This document shows, piece by piece, positions 1-11,743 of a DNA stretch of 64,000 bases; the first letter of the stretch is position 1, and every line of letters starts with the position of its first letter. The notes below the pieces were generated by a model, which was not told where the DNA came from, did not search any database, and saw only the letters and a list, made by a program, of their open reading frames with translations. The position numbers were made by a program, and so were the translations under genes. Location: contig OZ251233.1 in NCBI GenBank assembly GCA_965240325.2, positions 1,860,001 to 1,924,000 on the forward strand, read 5' to 3'. Source of the DNA: Rebecca billardiae RCC1528 (Eukaryota > Protista > Haptophyta).

Positions 1-288
1 TGATGAGTCATTGAGCCAGTCAGATGAGACGCAGATCCGAATCGGTGTGACAGTGAACTGTCACACCGCGCTGTCCCTGTCACCTGTGTCTGTGATCGCC
101 GACCCTGGTCTTGTTGAGTTGTGACTGCTGTGAAGTCGTCAGAATGATCGAATATATATATAAGAATTATATTAATGTGACTGCTATCTAGTCTCACTAG
201 TCACTAGACACGACTAGCATTGATGTCCAGTGTGAGTCTGACTCTGACACTGCCGCCGGTGTGGCCCGATGTCATCGCATCACGATCA

Positions 289-2113
289 TCATTTTGCCGG
301 CGCTGCGTTGCCGTGCAGCTGCCTGAGCGTCTGCAGCACGCTCGGGTCGACGTCTTTGAGCAGCACCTCCTCGTAGTCCGTGCCGAGCACGTGCACCTTC
401 TTCTTGGTGCGCTCGTTGAGGAAGTTGCTGATCACGCTCCACACCATCGGGAAGAAGAAGGGCGCGTTGATGAAGTAGAGGGTGGCCAGGGACTCCGGGT
501 ACATCGAGGTGCACGTGCTGATGATCTGCTGCACCGTCGAGACCGCGCTCGCGTCCCTGAGCATCCACATGCCCATCCCGTGCAGGTCCTTGATCTGCAC
601 CGACTGCACGAGCATCCCGGTCTCCACGGACATTTCGTCGATGATGATCTGGCGCAGCTCCGAGACCTGCGCGCGCGGCGGGGCGGGCGAGGCGGGCGAG
701 GAGGCGCGCGCACGGCGGCGTCAGGCCCGCCCCTGCGCGGAGGCGGGCCACGCGCGCATGCGCACAGCCGAGAGCGCGAGCGAGCAAAGGCGCACGGCGG
801 CGGCGCGCGCGCTTTTGGCCCTCCGCCGCCACTCGCGTGCGCCGCGGCGCGCGCGCGCGCACCCCGAGCATGAACTCAAAGAACCGGTCGGCGCCGACGT
901 CATCCATGAGCTCACGCAGCCGTATCTGGCCCACCGGGTCGACGGAGACGACGTGGCCGTGGCGCGAGAGCCCGCAGTCCAGCTGTATCGGGTACACCTT
1001 GTACACCTCGCGCCCGTGCGGCATCTCGTCGGCCGTGAGCGAGCACTTGAGAATCTTCTCACGGATGCTCTCGACGTCGTGCTGTCTGCGCGTCGCGAGC
1101 ATCGCGCGGTACGCCGCGACGGCCTGCGGCACGGAGTGGCTGTACCCGCGGAGGAAGCGCAGCAGCTTGATATCGCCCGACACGTCGTCGTACTGCGGGA
1201 ACTCCTCTAGGTCGGAGGCGAGCTCTATTCGCCTGCGCGAGGGAGGCGGCCGCGGCGGGGGAAGACGTGAGCGACAGGGTGTGGCCGCGCGCCGCGCGTG
1301 GCCGCGTGCGGCGGGAGATGGGGCGGGGCGGTGGCCGCGGAGCGCGCGAGGTGGCGCGCACATGCGCGTGAGCAGCGGCGCCTCGTCCGTGGTGGTGAGC
1401 GGCAGCACGTCGAGCGTGTCGAGCTGCTGCGAGGTGCACGTGGCGAGCTGCTGGCTGTCGCCATGGCTCGGCATCAGCTGCTGCAGCCGCTCGCCGCGCG
1501 ACGAGCGGCGGCGCGGCGTGATGACGTTGAGCACCTCGTGCTCGATCTGCGGCCCTTGCAGCGCACCCAGCGTCACCTGCCGCTCGAGCGTTCCGCCACC
1601 GGGCTGCAGAGAGCCCATGCCTCGCGAGAAGGAGTGCGCCGCGCGACGCAAGCCGGTGCCCGGCGATGGGCCGCTGGCCGGGTGCCCGCTGCTGTCGTCG
1701 GGGGGAGGGTCGACGGCCAGCGGGCCTGCGAGTTTGGGTTCGCTCGTCGTGTCGACGTCCACCCTCCTCTCGGCCACTGAGAGCACGCCGGCGACGTGCG
1801 GCAGCGCCGAGCTCGCTCTCGCCGCTTCTGCATCGCGAGACGCCTGCTGGCTCGAGCGGCACAGGAGGCGTTCGATGCGCACCACGAGGTACACGACGCG
1901 TAGGATGAGATATGTCACCAGCACCAGCCCGATGTCCGTGAGCTTCACGCCCGATTCGCCGACAACCCACCACTGCATCGTCGGCGGCGCCGACGAGTGC
2001 AGTATGGCGGCCGGATGCGCCCCGATGTCGCTGCTCATTGGTCGCAAGAGGCCACTGAGGAACCAGCTCTCGAGTGTCCGAACTCCCGGAGACGAAAAGT
2101 CCTTATCCGGCAT
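289..2113 (-). CDS. Sec14/CRAL-TRIO lipid-binding domain protein with N-terminal TM helix; 3 exons (2113-1362, 1232-863, 666-289)
   Basis: CRAL-TRIO-N motif DIKLLRFLRGYSHSVPQA. CRAL-TRIO core motifs IKDLHG, MYPESLATLYFINAPFFFPMVWSVISNFLNERTKKKVHVLG. GT-AG introns 1361-1233 and 862-667 join the frames (...FMLG|VSELRQ...). The start could be the Met at 2038. Confidence 0.85.
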
Positions 2114-2287
2114 AAGGCAAATATCGTATGTGCGGGTACTGTCTGGCGATTTTCATATTCATCAGGCATGGCACGTCATTAGTCATCAGGCGCTCCTGAC
2201 TGGACAGGGATCATCAGATATCGTTTTGATCCCAGATCATCGGGTGACGGATCCGTATGTATTTAAGTCCTTTCCACCTGATCGATC

Positions 2288-3868
2288 ATGGCGCGAGTCC
2301 CGATCGGCGCGCTTCTCCTCATCGCACTCCGCGGCGGCAGTGGTGCGCCCGGATGCGAGGGGCCGGATGCGCTCGCGATCGCCCGACCGACCGCAGGCCA
2401 TGCACTTGTCAAAATGCCCCCCTCTGAGGAGAGCGCGCCCGCGCTGGACCTGATCGTGCGCGTGGCGCGCGCGTGCGGAGACGCGCCTTCGCTCGCGCTC
2501 TCAGTCGATGGCGTGCGCGTGGCGTCGAGATGGGCGCACGTCCCGTCCAGCGCGCAGCCGACGGAGCCGATGCTCTTGAGCTGTGCGCTGCCGCTCGCGC
2601 ACCTGGCGCCCGGCGCGCGCGCGCTCACCGCCGAGCTGCTCGCGCCGGATGGCGGCGAGGCGTGCGTGGCGCGCGCGACGGTGAGCGTTCTCGTCGTCGA
2701 GCACGCGGCGCTCGGGCCCGACCTGGGCTTCCTGCACGGCATGGTGGCGGACCGCCCGTCAGTCGTGATGCAAGCCATCCACTATGAGGACCCGCGCGCG
2801 CCTGACGGCCGAGTCATCCGCACCGTCTTGATCCACCCGGCGGCTGCCTTCTGCGGCGGCGGCTTTGGCGCTGGCACCGGCCGCGCGGCCAGCGAGTTCC
2901 AAGGCGCGCCGATCGCGTACGACCGCAACCTGGTGGCGTTCGCGCACGCGCGGCTGCGCGAGCTCGCCGAGGCGCGCGGCTCGAGCCCGCTCACCATGGT
3001 GGACATCGGCGCGAACACCGGTGAGTTCGCCCTCCTCGCCGCCAGCCTGCCCACCCTTCACGTTGTCGCGTTCGAGCCAGTCCCAACGTTTGCGGCGATC
3101 GCGGCCGCGTCGGTGGCGCTGAACGGCGTGGCCGATCGGGTCGCCGTGAGCTCGTACGCCCTCGGCGCGCCGCTCGCGCCCGCCGCCGCCGCCGCCGCCG
3201 CCGAGGCAGACGGCCCGCCGCCGTCGCAGCTCGAGCTGATCGCCATACCCTCGGTGCGTGACGGCGGGCTCGCGCACGTCGCCGGCGCCCAGCCCAACGG
3301 GAAGGACGCGCAGGCGGGCGCGCTCGTGCCGATCCAGCGCACGAGCCTCGACGGCGTGTGGTACCGCGCGTCGGCGCAGCCCGCCGCCGCCGCCGCCGCC
3401 GAGCTCAGCGGCCCGTGGTTCGTGCACCCCGCCGCGGGGCGCGCGCACCGGCCGGCGCGCGTCGACTTCGTCAAGATCGACGTGGAGGGCTTTGAGCGCG
3501 ACGCGCTGGCCGGGGCCGAGCGCGTGCTGCGCGCGGACACGCCGCCGGTGCTCCTTGAGGCGTCGCCGTCGAACGCCGCGCAGGTCGGGCTGCGTGGCGA
3601 CGAGTCGGTCGGGCTGCTCGTCGGCTGGGGCTACGGCGTCGCCGGGCTCTTCCCCTCAGGCGGCTGCGTCGATGTGTACCTGCAGCATGGCTGGAGCGGG
3701 CCGCCGCGCTGGGCGCGCGCGCCCGCCTCGCAGGCGATTGTCGATACGCACGCCGCGGGCGGTGCGCCGCCGGCGCCGGGCACCGAGGGGGACCAAGTGC
3801 TGCGCGCGGCGATCGCCTTTGCTCACGCCATCTTTCCCGGTGGCATGAGTGGAGTGCCGCGTGTGTGA
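2288..3868 (+). CDS. FkbM-family SAM-dependent methyltransferase with signal peptide
   Basis: Motifs MVDIGANTG, VVAFEP, VDFVKIDVEGFE; hydrophobic N-terminus; single ORF. Confidence 0.85.
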   Translation: MARVPIGALLLIALRGGSGAPGCEGPDALAIARPTAGHALVKMPPSEESAPALDLIVRVARACGDAPSLALSVDGVRVASRWAHVPSSAQPTEPMLLSCALPLAHLAPGARALTAELLAPDGGEACVARATVSVLVVEHAALGPDLGFLHGMVADRPSVVMQAIHYEDPRAPDGRVIRTVLIHPAAAFCGGGFGAGTGRAASEFQGAPIAYDRNLVAFAHARLRELAEARGSSPLTMVDIGANTGEFALLAASLPTLHVVAFEPVPTFAAIAAASVALNGVADRVAVSSYALGAPLAPAAAAAAAEADGPPPSQLELIAIPSVRDGGLAHVAGAQPNGKDAQAGALVPIQRTSLDGVWYRASAQPAAAAAAELSGPWFVHPAAGRAHRPARVDFVKIDVEGFERDALAGAERVLRADTPPVLLEASPSNAAQVGLRGDESVGLLVGWGYGVAGLFPSGGCVDVYLQHGWSGPPRWARAPASQAIVDTHAAGGAPPAPGTEGDQVLRAAIAFAHAIFPGGMSGVPRV

Positions 3869-4388
3869 TCTTGATCATCGATCCGGTCCGCGACGGCTGG
3901 CCCGCCGTGCTGCTCATTCACTCAGTCAGCATCCCCGGCGGATGGTGGCACTGGGTGACTGGGCACTGGCAGTGTCGGACGGCCTCGAGATCAGTGACCT
4001 GGTACGGCGGCCTTGTGGTTCTAACTCCGCCCCGCCTATACTGTCCGAACGGTGCGTGCCTGCTGACGGTTCAGTCATCAGTGCGCCCGCCGCGGTCCGC
4101 GGCCGACGGGCCGGCCGAATGTTTGATGCGTGACCGTGTCGATCACAGTCAGAAGTCGGAACTGATGATGAGTTAGTTATAACGGCCACTGCTGATCGCC
4201 ACCGCGTGCTTATCCGCCGCATCTGCCGCGGACTACGATCACTACGAGTACGACCAGTGGTGGCAGTGTCCATCAGTCTGTCCGGCGCGTCACGGTCCGA
4301 CACTGGCACCAGGCGACTCGTCGGCCTAGCTCCCGCGCTTAGGCGACGGCTTAGGCGAGTAGACCGACCACCGATCGCTTGAAGCACG

Positions 4389-5267
4389 TCACCCAGCTCG
4401 CCACCGCTGTCCACGCGCGCGACGGTCATCCCGCCAGGCCGCTGGTCGGCGCGTCGGCGCCACAGCCGTTCACACGCCCGAGCAGCTCACCTCGAGCGAC
4501 TGCATGTCTGCGTGGTCGAGCCACTCCGCCTCCTCCTCCGGCCGCTCCCAGTACTTGACGAGGTACGAGGTGCGGCCGCCGAGCGTGCGTGTCTGCAGCA
4601 CGCGCTCGAACAGCTTGATGCCGCGCTCGCGCGCCTCCGCGCTGTGCCGCGCGCAGAACCAGTTGCCGGGCGGCACCTCGGTCGGGCCGCGCCCCCTGCC
4701 GCGCGGCCGCACGACCAGCACCTCCGAGCACAGCGGGTCCTCGCACTCGACGCGGATCTCGGGCTCGTCGGGCTCGGACGGCTCGTTCTGCGCCTTTGGC
4801 GGCACGGCGACCACCGCGACCGGCTTGGGCGCCAACTTCCGCGCTCGGCCGGCCGAGTCGGAGCCCTGCGGCAAAGGCGCCTGGCGCGCCGCGGGCTTCT
4901 GCTGTGGCTTGTCGCCGCCGCTCGTGAGTGCGGCCGAGGAGGACTTTGGCTGCGTGGGGTTGGCGGGCTTGACGCGCCGTCTTCGCGCCGCGGCGATCGC
5001 CTCCGCCTCGCGAGCGGCCGTCTCCTCCTCCAGCACGCGCAGCTCGTCCTGCAGCAGCTCAAAGTCAAGCCCCTCCAACCCGCCGCCCGCCTTGTCCGCG
5101 GCGAACAGCTCGAGGTCGCGCGGCCGGCGTGGTACGAAGTGGCCCGATGCGGTGGGCATGTCTCCGGACATGTCGATCACCAGCTCCATCTCGGGCTCGC
5201 CGTACCGCCCATCGTCGAGCGAGCTCTCCTCGTGCAGTGATGTGGACAGCACGGAGGCTGCCATCAT
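4389..5267 (-). CDS. Chromodomain protein with a preceding degenerate PHD-like Cys/His motif; 2 exons (5267-4491, 4406-4389)
   Basis: FERVLQTRTLGGRTSYLVKYW...EAEWL is chromo-like. CEDPLC...VPPGNWFCARH precedes it. A GTGAGC donor at 4490 and CAG acceptor at 4407 give the C-terminus SLERWRAG*. Confidence 0.65.
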
Positions 5268-5532
5268 CCCTGCGCGTCCAAAAACAGCTGCCGCTCCGGT
5301 GCAGCGCAGCCGCTGTCCGGGAGAACGCTGACGGTGCGAGCGGCGCAGTGGCGGCCCTTGGCAGTGGGCACCTTGACCTGGAACGGGAACCGAACCTTGG
5401 CGCGGCAGCCGCGCGGTGAAGCGTGCGCGCGCGCACCTTGCTTGCGCCGTCGCTGCCCCGCGGCGGGGGAGCGAGCGTTGCCGGTCTCGCCGGTGGCCCC
5501 CAGCCGCGTGGACGCACCGGCGAGCGCCCACG

Positions 5533-8500
5533 ATGGCCGATGAGACCCGCGTCGCGCCGCTGATCCGGCACGAGGGTGCGGAGGCCGGGTGGCGCGTGTG
5601 CGAGGAGGGCGCTGCGCTGCTGCGCGAGATCAACGAGCCGCTGGTGGTGATCGCGATCGCCGGGATGTACCGCACGGGCAAGAGCTTCCTGCTCAACTGC
5701 CTCATCGGCGCGACGGGCGGCAAGCCCGCGCTCAACGTCGGCTCCACCTCCGAGTCGTGCACGCGCGGCATCGACCTATGCGTGCCGCCGACGCGGCTCG
5801 AGGACGGCTCGCGGCTCGTGCTGCTGGACACGGAGGGGCTGGCGTCGATGGAGCAGGACGAGGCGTATGACGCGCAGGTCTTCGCGCTCGGCCTGCTCCT
5901 CTCCTCCCACTTCGTCCTCAACTCGATGGGCGTGCTCGACGAGGCGGCCATTGATCGGCTCTACCTGATCTCCGAGCTGAGCAAGCACGTGTGCGTGCGC
6001 GCGGACGCGGGCGCGGCGCTGGGCGGCGGCGGCGAGGAGGAGCACGCCGGCGCGGACGCGGAGGCCGACCTCGCGCAGTTCTTCCCGCCGCTCCTCTGGG
6101 TGCTGCGCGACTTTGTGGTCGAGCTCGTCTCCGAGGGCAAGAAGCTGAGCTCCGCCGAGTACATGGAGAAGGTGAGACCCGCACCCGAGGAGTCTTTTTA
6201 TTTTTTATTTTTCTTTTTATATGAAAGGAAGCACCTTTGAAAGACTCCGTGCCGCACCCGCCCTCCGCATCCCCATGCCCCTCGCCCCTCCAACGCCCCG
6301 AGGCCCCCTCCTCCCCCCCCTGCCACACTGCTCCCGCACAGGCGCTGGAGGCGCGGCCGCTGGGCAGCCGGCGTGCGGACGAGCGCAACCGCGTGCGCGC
6401 GGCGATCCGGACTCTCTTCCCCAAGCGCGCGTGCGTCACGCTCGTGCGCCCCGCCGCGGACGAGGAGGCCGTGCGGCACGCGGTGAGGCTGGCCGCGTCC
6501 GAGCTGCGCCCCGAGTTCGTGCAGGGCCTCGAGACGGTGCAGCGCCACCTGCTGCGCGCGCCGCCGCGCAAGAAGCTTTTCGGCGCAGAGCTGACGGGGG
6601 TGCACCTCTGTGCCCTCGCCGGCCAGTACGTGTCCGCGCTCAACACCGACGGCGTGGTGCCGAGCATCCGAGGCGCGTGGGAGTATGTGGTCGCGGACTC
6701 GTGCCGCGGCGCGCGCGAGGCGGCCGCGCGCGCGCACGCCGCGCGGCTCGCCGCCGCGCTCGACGGGCGGCCGGGCGCGGCCGCGGCCGCGGACGCGGAC
6801 GCGGACGCGGCGGCGGGCGCGGGCGCGGGCGCGGAGGCGGAGGCGGAGGCGGAGCCGCCCGCCGCGCCCGTGCGCGACGTCACCGAGCTCCTCCTCCGCG
6901 TCGCCATGCCCAGCGCCATCCGCGCGCGCCGCGAGTTCCGCCAGGCGGCGATCGCGGGCGCGGAGGCGGAGGCGGCTCTGGCGTATCTCGAGGCCGAGAT
7001 TGCGGAGGCGGACGCGCGCGCTCTCGAGCGGCTGGGCGAGCTCTCGCGCGCCGAGTGCGAGGCGGCGGCGGCGGCGCTCGCGGACGAGCTCGACGCGGCG
7101 TGCGCCGCGCGCGACGCCGACGCGCCGCGCGCGCACGCCGACGGCGGCGGCGCGGACGCCGCCGACTGGGCTGCCGCGGCCGCGGCCGCGCGCGCCATCG
7201 CCGTCGACGCGCTGCCGCGCGCCGTGCGCACGTTCGCCGAAGCATATGGCAGCCGCGCGGCGGGCCCGGCGAAGGCGGACTCGCTCGGCGGCGCGGTGCG
7301 CGGCCGCGTGAGCGCCGCGGTCGCCGCCGCCGGCCGCTCCCTCGACGAGGCGCGAGCGGCGCAGCTGCGCGCCGAGGCGGACGCGCGCCGCTCGGAAGAG
7401 GTGCGCGCGGCGACGGCCGAGGCTCAGCTGGAGGCCAAGGCTGCGGCGCTGGCGGACGCGGCGGCGGCGCGCGACGCGGCGCGCGCGGAGGTGGAGAGCA
7501 CGCGCGGCGCGCTCGAGGCCGAGCGCGCCGCGCGCGCCGCCGCCGAGGCGCAGGCGGCCGCCTCCGCGCGCGCGCACGCGGCCGAGCTGGCCGCGGCGCG
7601 CGCCGAGCTCGACGGCGCGCGCGCCACCGCTGCGACACAGCTCGCCGAGGCGGGCGCGGAGCGCGCGCGCGCGGAGGAGCGTGCGGAGGGCGCGCGGCGC
7701 GAGGGCGAGGCGGCGCTCGCGCGCGAGCGCGAGCTGGGCGAGCGCTCGCGCGCCGACGCGGACGAGGCGCGCGCGCAGCTCGCGGCGGCCAACGAGGTGA
7801 GCCGGCCGCGGCGCGGCTGCGGCGCGGCGGCGGCTCGCGCGCGGCACGCGGCGCGCGCGGCGCGCTGACGCGCACCGCCTGCCTCCGCGCCTCGCGCCCG
7901 CCGCCGGCGCGCCGCGCAGGCGATGCGCGAGCAGGCCGCACTCGCGGCGCAGGCGAGCGCGGACGCACGCGCCGCGGACGAGCGCCACCGTGCGCAGCTC
8001 GCCGAGGCGGAGGGCCGCGCGGCCGCGGCGACCGCGCGCGACTCGACCGAGCTGAGCGTCCTGCTTGGCGAGCTGCGGACGTCCGACGGCGCGTTGCACG
8101 CGCTCGGCCTCGCAGCGGAGGAGAGCCGCTCGCTCAAGCAGTCGCTCGCCGAGTTCCACGAGCGGCTGGCGGTGCTCCCGGACTTTTACGTCCAGCAAGT
8201 CTTCTGCTCGGTGCGCGGCGCGCGCGCCGCGCGCGGCGCGCGGCGCGCGGCGCGCGGCCGGCCGCGGCGCGCCCAACGACCGAACCGCGCGCCGGTGCGC
8301 GCCGCGCGGCACAGGCGGACAAGCCCAGTGACCTCATCGACGCGCTCGCGCCCGACTCCGACTCTGGCATCGGCGGCGGGCTCGAGGAGCTGAGCGAGGC
8401 CGGGCTGCACCTGGCGGAGGCGCACCTGGGCAACATCGCCACGGCGGTCTCGTCACGCCTCGGCCGCTGGTTCGGCCGGCCGGAGGGCGCGCCGGGCGCA

Positions 8501-8623
8501 GAGCCCGACGCTGACGAGTACACCGCCGCCGATATCGTCCGCGACATGCGCGCCGAGAGCGAGCAGCGCGCCGCGGCGGCGGCTGCCGCCATCACCAAGG
8601 GCGTGGTGCCGTCGTCGCAGTAG
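5533..8623 (+). CDS. Guanylate-binding protein (GBP/atlastin-like large GTPase) with long Ala/Glu coiled coil; 4 exons (5533-6171, 6342-7796, 7920-8210, 8315-8623)
   Basis: G1 GMYRTGKSFLLN, G2 SCTRGI, G3 LLDTEG, WVLRDF, RNRVRAAIRTLFPKRACVTLVRP. All three introns are GT-AG and phase 0. Confidence 0.9.
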
Positions 8624-8873
8624 GAGGCGAGATCGATGTTTACGCGCGATCGTCCTGGAGCTGATCCGCAGCGCTCGTCGTCGTGAGTCTGAAACGTGAT
8701 GGCTAAAAGCTGGAAAGCACTCTCCCGTACAGTGTACCGCGGGACAGTACAGTACTTACTCACGAACTCAGTAGACCGTACTGCTGTACCTCCGGATACT
8801 GCAACTGTTGCGGCCAGCCGGCCAGCACCGTCTCGCCGGTCAGCTGCGCATGCATCTCGGAGGACCGACCGCG

Positions 8874-10562
8874 ATGGCGGCGCTGATGCGGACGCCGGCG
8901 GCGATGGCGGCGGCGTCCGCATCAGCCGCGTCCGCATCGGCCGGCATCGACGCCGTGCCAGAGCCGCCGCCACTCGACGCTCCCGATGACGACACCACGT
9001 CGGCGGACGACCTGCTCTTCGACGGCGAGAAGAGGACGGACGCCTCCGACCGCCGCGTCGCCGTGACGCTCACCGCGCTCACCTCCCTTGCGTACGCGTC
9101 GATGTCTTTTGTCAAAGACCCAATCTTTGCGCCGACGTGGCAGGGGGAGCGCGTGCTCGGCGTGGAGCTGAAGGAGTTGATCGCGCTCGCCTCGCCGATC
9201 GGGATGGTGTTCGGCAAAATCCCGTCCATGCTCGTCACGCCCACGCTGCGCCGCGAGCGCCTGCTCCACGCGCTCCTCGTCGTGGCGTGGGGCTCGACGG
9301 CGCTGATGGCCTCGACGCCGCTGCTGCCGGCGGCAGCCATCGTGCTCTGCCAGTTCGGCGCGAAGGCGCTGCAGGGCTCCCTGTGGGCGCTGCTGATGCG
9401 GTACATGGAGGGGCGGCGGCACACGGACGCCATCGTCTCCCTCCTCACGCTCAGCTGGATCGGCATGTCCGGCCTCGCCAAGGGCGCATGCGCGGAGCTG
9501 CTCGCCCGCGGGCTGCCGCCTCGCGGCGCGGTCGCCGCGTGCGCGCTGCTCGGTGGCGCGTGCATGACGGCGTGCCTCCTCGCGCTCGACGCGCAGCCGG
9601 CGCCGTCCGCCCTCGACGTGCACGCCCGCGGTGAGCGCGCGCGCATGGCCTCCGTGTGGGGCGAAGGCGTCGCCCTCATCTGCCGGCACCGTGCCGGGCT
9701 GCTGCTCGCCACGGCCGCGTACGTGATCTGCGGCGCGCTGCGCAACTACCGAGATTTCTATCTCGCCGAGCTGCTGCTGGTCTCGGGCCTCGGGGAGGAC
9801 GCGCGTGCGTTCGCGGCGACCGAGCTGGCGCTCGCCGTCGCCGTCACGCTGCTCGCTGGCAGCGTGACCCTCGTCTCCGACAACTGGTCCGCCCTGCGGC
9901 TCCTGCTGTGCGCGGGCGCGTGCGGCGGTGTGCTCACGGTCGTCGCCACCCTCGCGTGGCTCGCCCAGATGCTGGACGGCATCACGTGGGTGCTCGCGTT
10001 CGGGCTGGGCGTGTACTTGGTGTACATGCCGGTCGGCAGCACCATGCTCGATCGGCTGATGGGCGCGGCGGGCGAGCGGTACACCGTGGCGCTGCTGTCA
10101 CTGCTGCTGGACTGGTCGGTGCAGGCGGGGACGGTCGTGCTGCTGCTGCTGCGGCGCGCGCGCGCCTCCGCACCGCGCGCCGCTCCCGAGCTCACGGGCG
10201 GCAGCGGCGACGGCAGCGGCGAAGGGGCGGCACACGGCCTAGCGCTCGAGCCGCCGTCCTCCGCGGCCGTTGCGGCGGAGCAGTCCGCACGGGAGATCGC
10301 GCGCTTCCTCGCGCGCATGCTCGTGCTGGGCGGCGCGGCCTCTGCCGTGCTGATGGCTGGCGCGGCGCTCGGCTTCGACCTGTCGATCCGCGCGGCACGG
10401 CGGCGGCGGGCGCTGGCGACAGGCGACGGGCCCGAGACGCCCGCGGCTGGCTGCGATGGGGGAGACAGAGAGCTTTGCCGAGTGCCGCAGCCATCTCAAG
10501 CTGCCGATGATGGCGAGATGCCAGCCAGGCTGCGCCGTCAAGAAGAACCGGCCCGGAGATGA
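8874..10562 (+). CDS. Multi-pass membrane protein, DUF5690-like (MFS-like fold)
   Basis: About 11-12 hydrophobic segments. Motifs RYMEGRRHTD, LRNYRDFY and GVYLVYMP...DRL resemble the DUF5690 family as recalled. Intronless. Confidence 0.65.
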   Translation: MAALMRTPAAMAAASASAASASAGIDAVPEPPPLDAPDDDTTSADDLLFDGEKRTDASDRRVAVTLTALTSLAYASMSFVKDPIFAPTWQGERVLGVELKELIALASPIGMVFGKIPSMLVTPTLRRERLLHALLVVAWGSTALMASTPLLPAAAIVLCQFGAKALQGSLWALLMRYMEGRRHTDAIVSLLTLSWIGMSGLAKGACAELLARGLPPRGAVAACALLGGACMTACLLALDAQPAPSALDVHARGERARMASVWGEGVALICRHRAGLLLATAAYVICGALRNYRDFYLAELLLVSGLGEDARAFAATELALAVAVTLLAGSVTLVSDNWSALRLLLCAGACGGVLTVVATLAWLAQMLDGITWVLAFGLGVYLVYMPVGSTMLDRLMGAAGERYTVALLSLLLDWSVQAGTVVLLLLRRARASAPRAAPELTGGSGDGSGEGAAHGLALEPPSSAAVAAEQSAREIARFLARMLVLGGAASAVLMAGAALGFDLSIRAARRRRALATGDGPETPAAGCDGGDRELCRVPQPSQAADDGEMPARLRRQEEPARR

Positions 10563-11743
10563 GTCCGGCGCTCTGCACAGCAGCAGTGATGGCAGCGCGG
10601 GCATGGTCCGACGGTTGCCTGTCGTATAGTGGGCAGCAGCTGCTAGGCTAGCCTGGTCAATGCTAGGGTCGTAGGGAGTAGGGTTTCGACCGCCATAGTC
10701 TTCGGACCGAAGTCCACTGACTGCGTCTCGGCGGGACCGTGCCGGTCCGGCACGGCGGGCCGTGATTATCATTATGGCGCCATGGCGGCCCAGATTCATG
10801 AGTGCCCCCGAGCGGCCCGCACCGCCTCACTACTCCGCCCTCGCGTGCGCGCATGCCCCAAACGCGTGCCCTACTGCACTTTGGTTCAGATGAGGCAGAA
10901 GGATGCGCTGCAGCAGCGCCTTATCTCCTCTGCGCCCGGGAATGAATGACGCGGTCCGGGCGGCGAGCCCAGCGCCGGAACCCCCCCCCCGGGCGCGCCG
11001 TTGGCTGCACCTCGGCACTCGAACCTATTGGCCTGTATGGCAGCCAGGCCGGGCGCACTGCGCCTCTTGGCTCGCGTGTCCACAGAGCGCCGCACTGTGG
11101 TTTCAGTCTGTTGGTTTCATCTCCACTACTTACAAGCCTGGCTCGCCTACAGGCTTGGCTGATCGGCACTCGTCAGCATAACAGCCGTCTAAACTGCGTC
11201 TGCTGCATCAACACGCACGATCCGGGTGGCTCAAGGCGGCGCTGCTTGCGCGCATGTACAGTACATGCAGCTCGTGCCCTGAGTTGATCGCATCGCGCGC
11301 CAGGCAGCGCTGAAGGTCGAAGCTTGGCGCGGGCTTGCGTGGCCGTGAGGCGCGCGCTGAGAGGTATTGTGGGGTACGGCAATGAATACTGTAGGGACCC
11401 TGATCCGATAATGAAAGACTGAGAGTATGACAACTAATAATGACTACCACTGGAATCACTGCACAGTACCGGCATTGCTCGGTATTCACTAGGACTGTCA
11501 AAAGGTCCGATGAATACAGCGCGCGAGCTAGCGCGGGCCGCGCTTCATCCTGATAAGCCTGATGAATATTGTTGACGTCGCTTGCGATTGGCGGGTACGA
11601 CAGGGCGGCGCGTTCAGGGGAGATGCTACGCGAGATTATTGCTGAATGAGCGCGCCATGCGACGGTTCACAGATGCGATTCTTGCCCTCGACAACAAATC
11701 ACGCGTGCGTGCCAGCTCGCGACGACGGCAAGCGGCCTCACAG

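Noticed and set aside
6190-6245. T-rich stretch as the end of the GBP gene or a terminator
   Set aside because: It lies inside a GT-AG intron (6172-6341); the GBP domain continues in frame afterwards.
10663-11402. TAGGGTC...GACCCTG as hAT ends or telomere-like repeats
   Set aside because: Only a 6-7-bp match, no TSD, and no true TTAGGG array.
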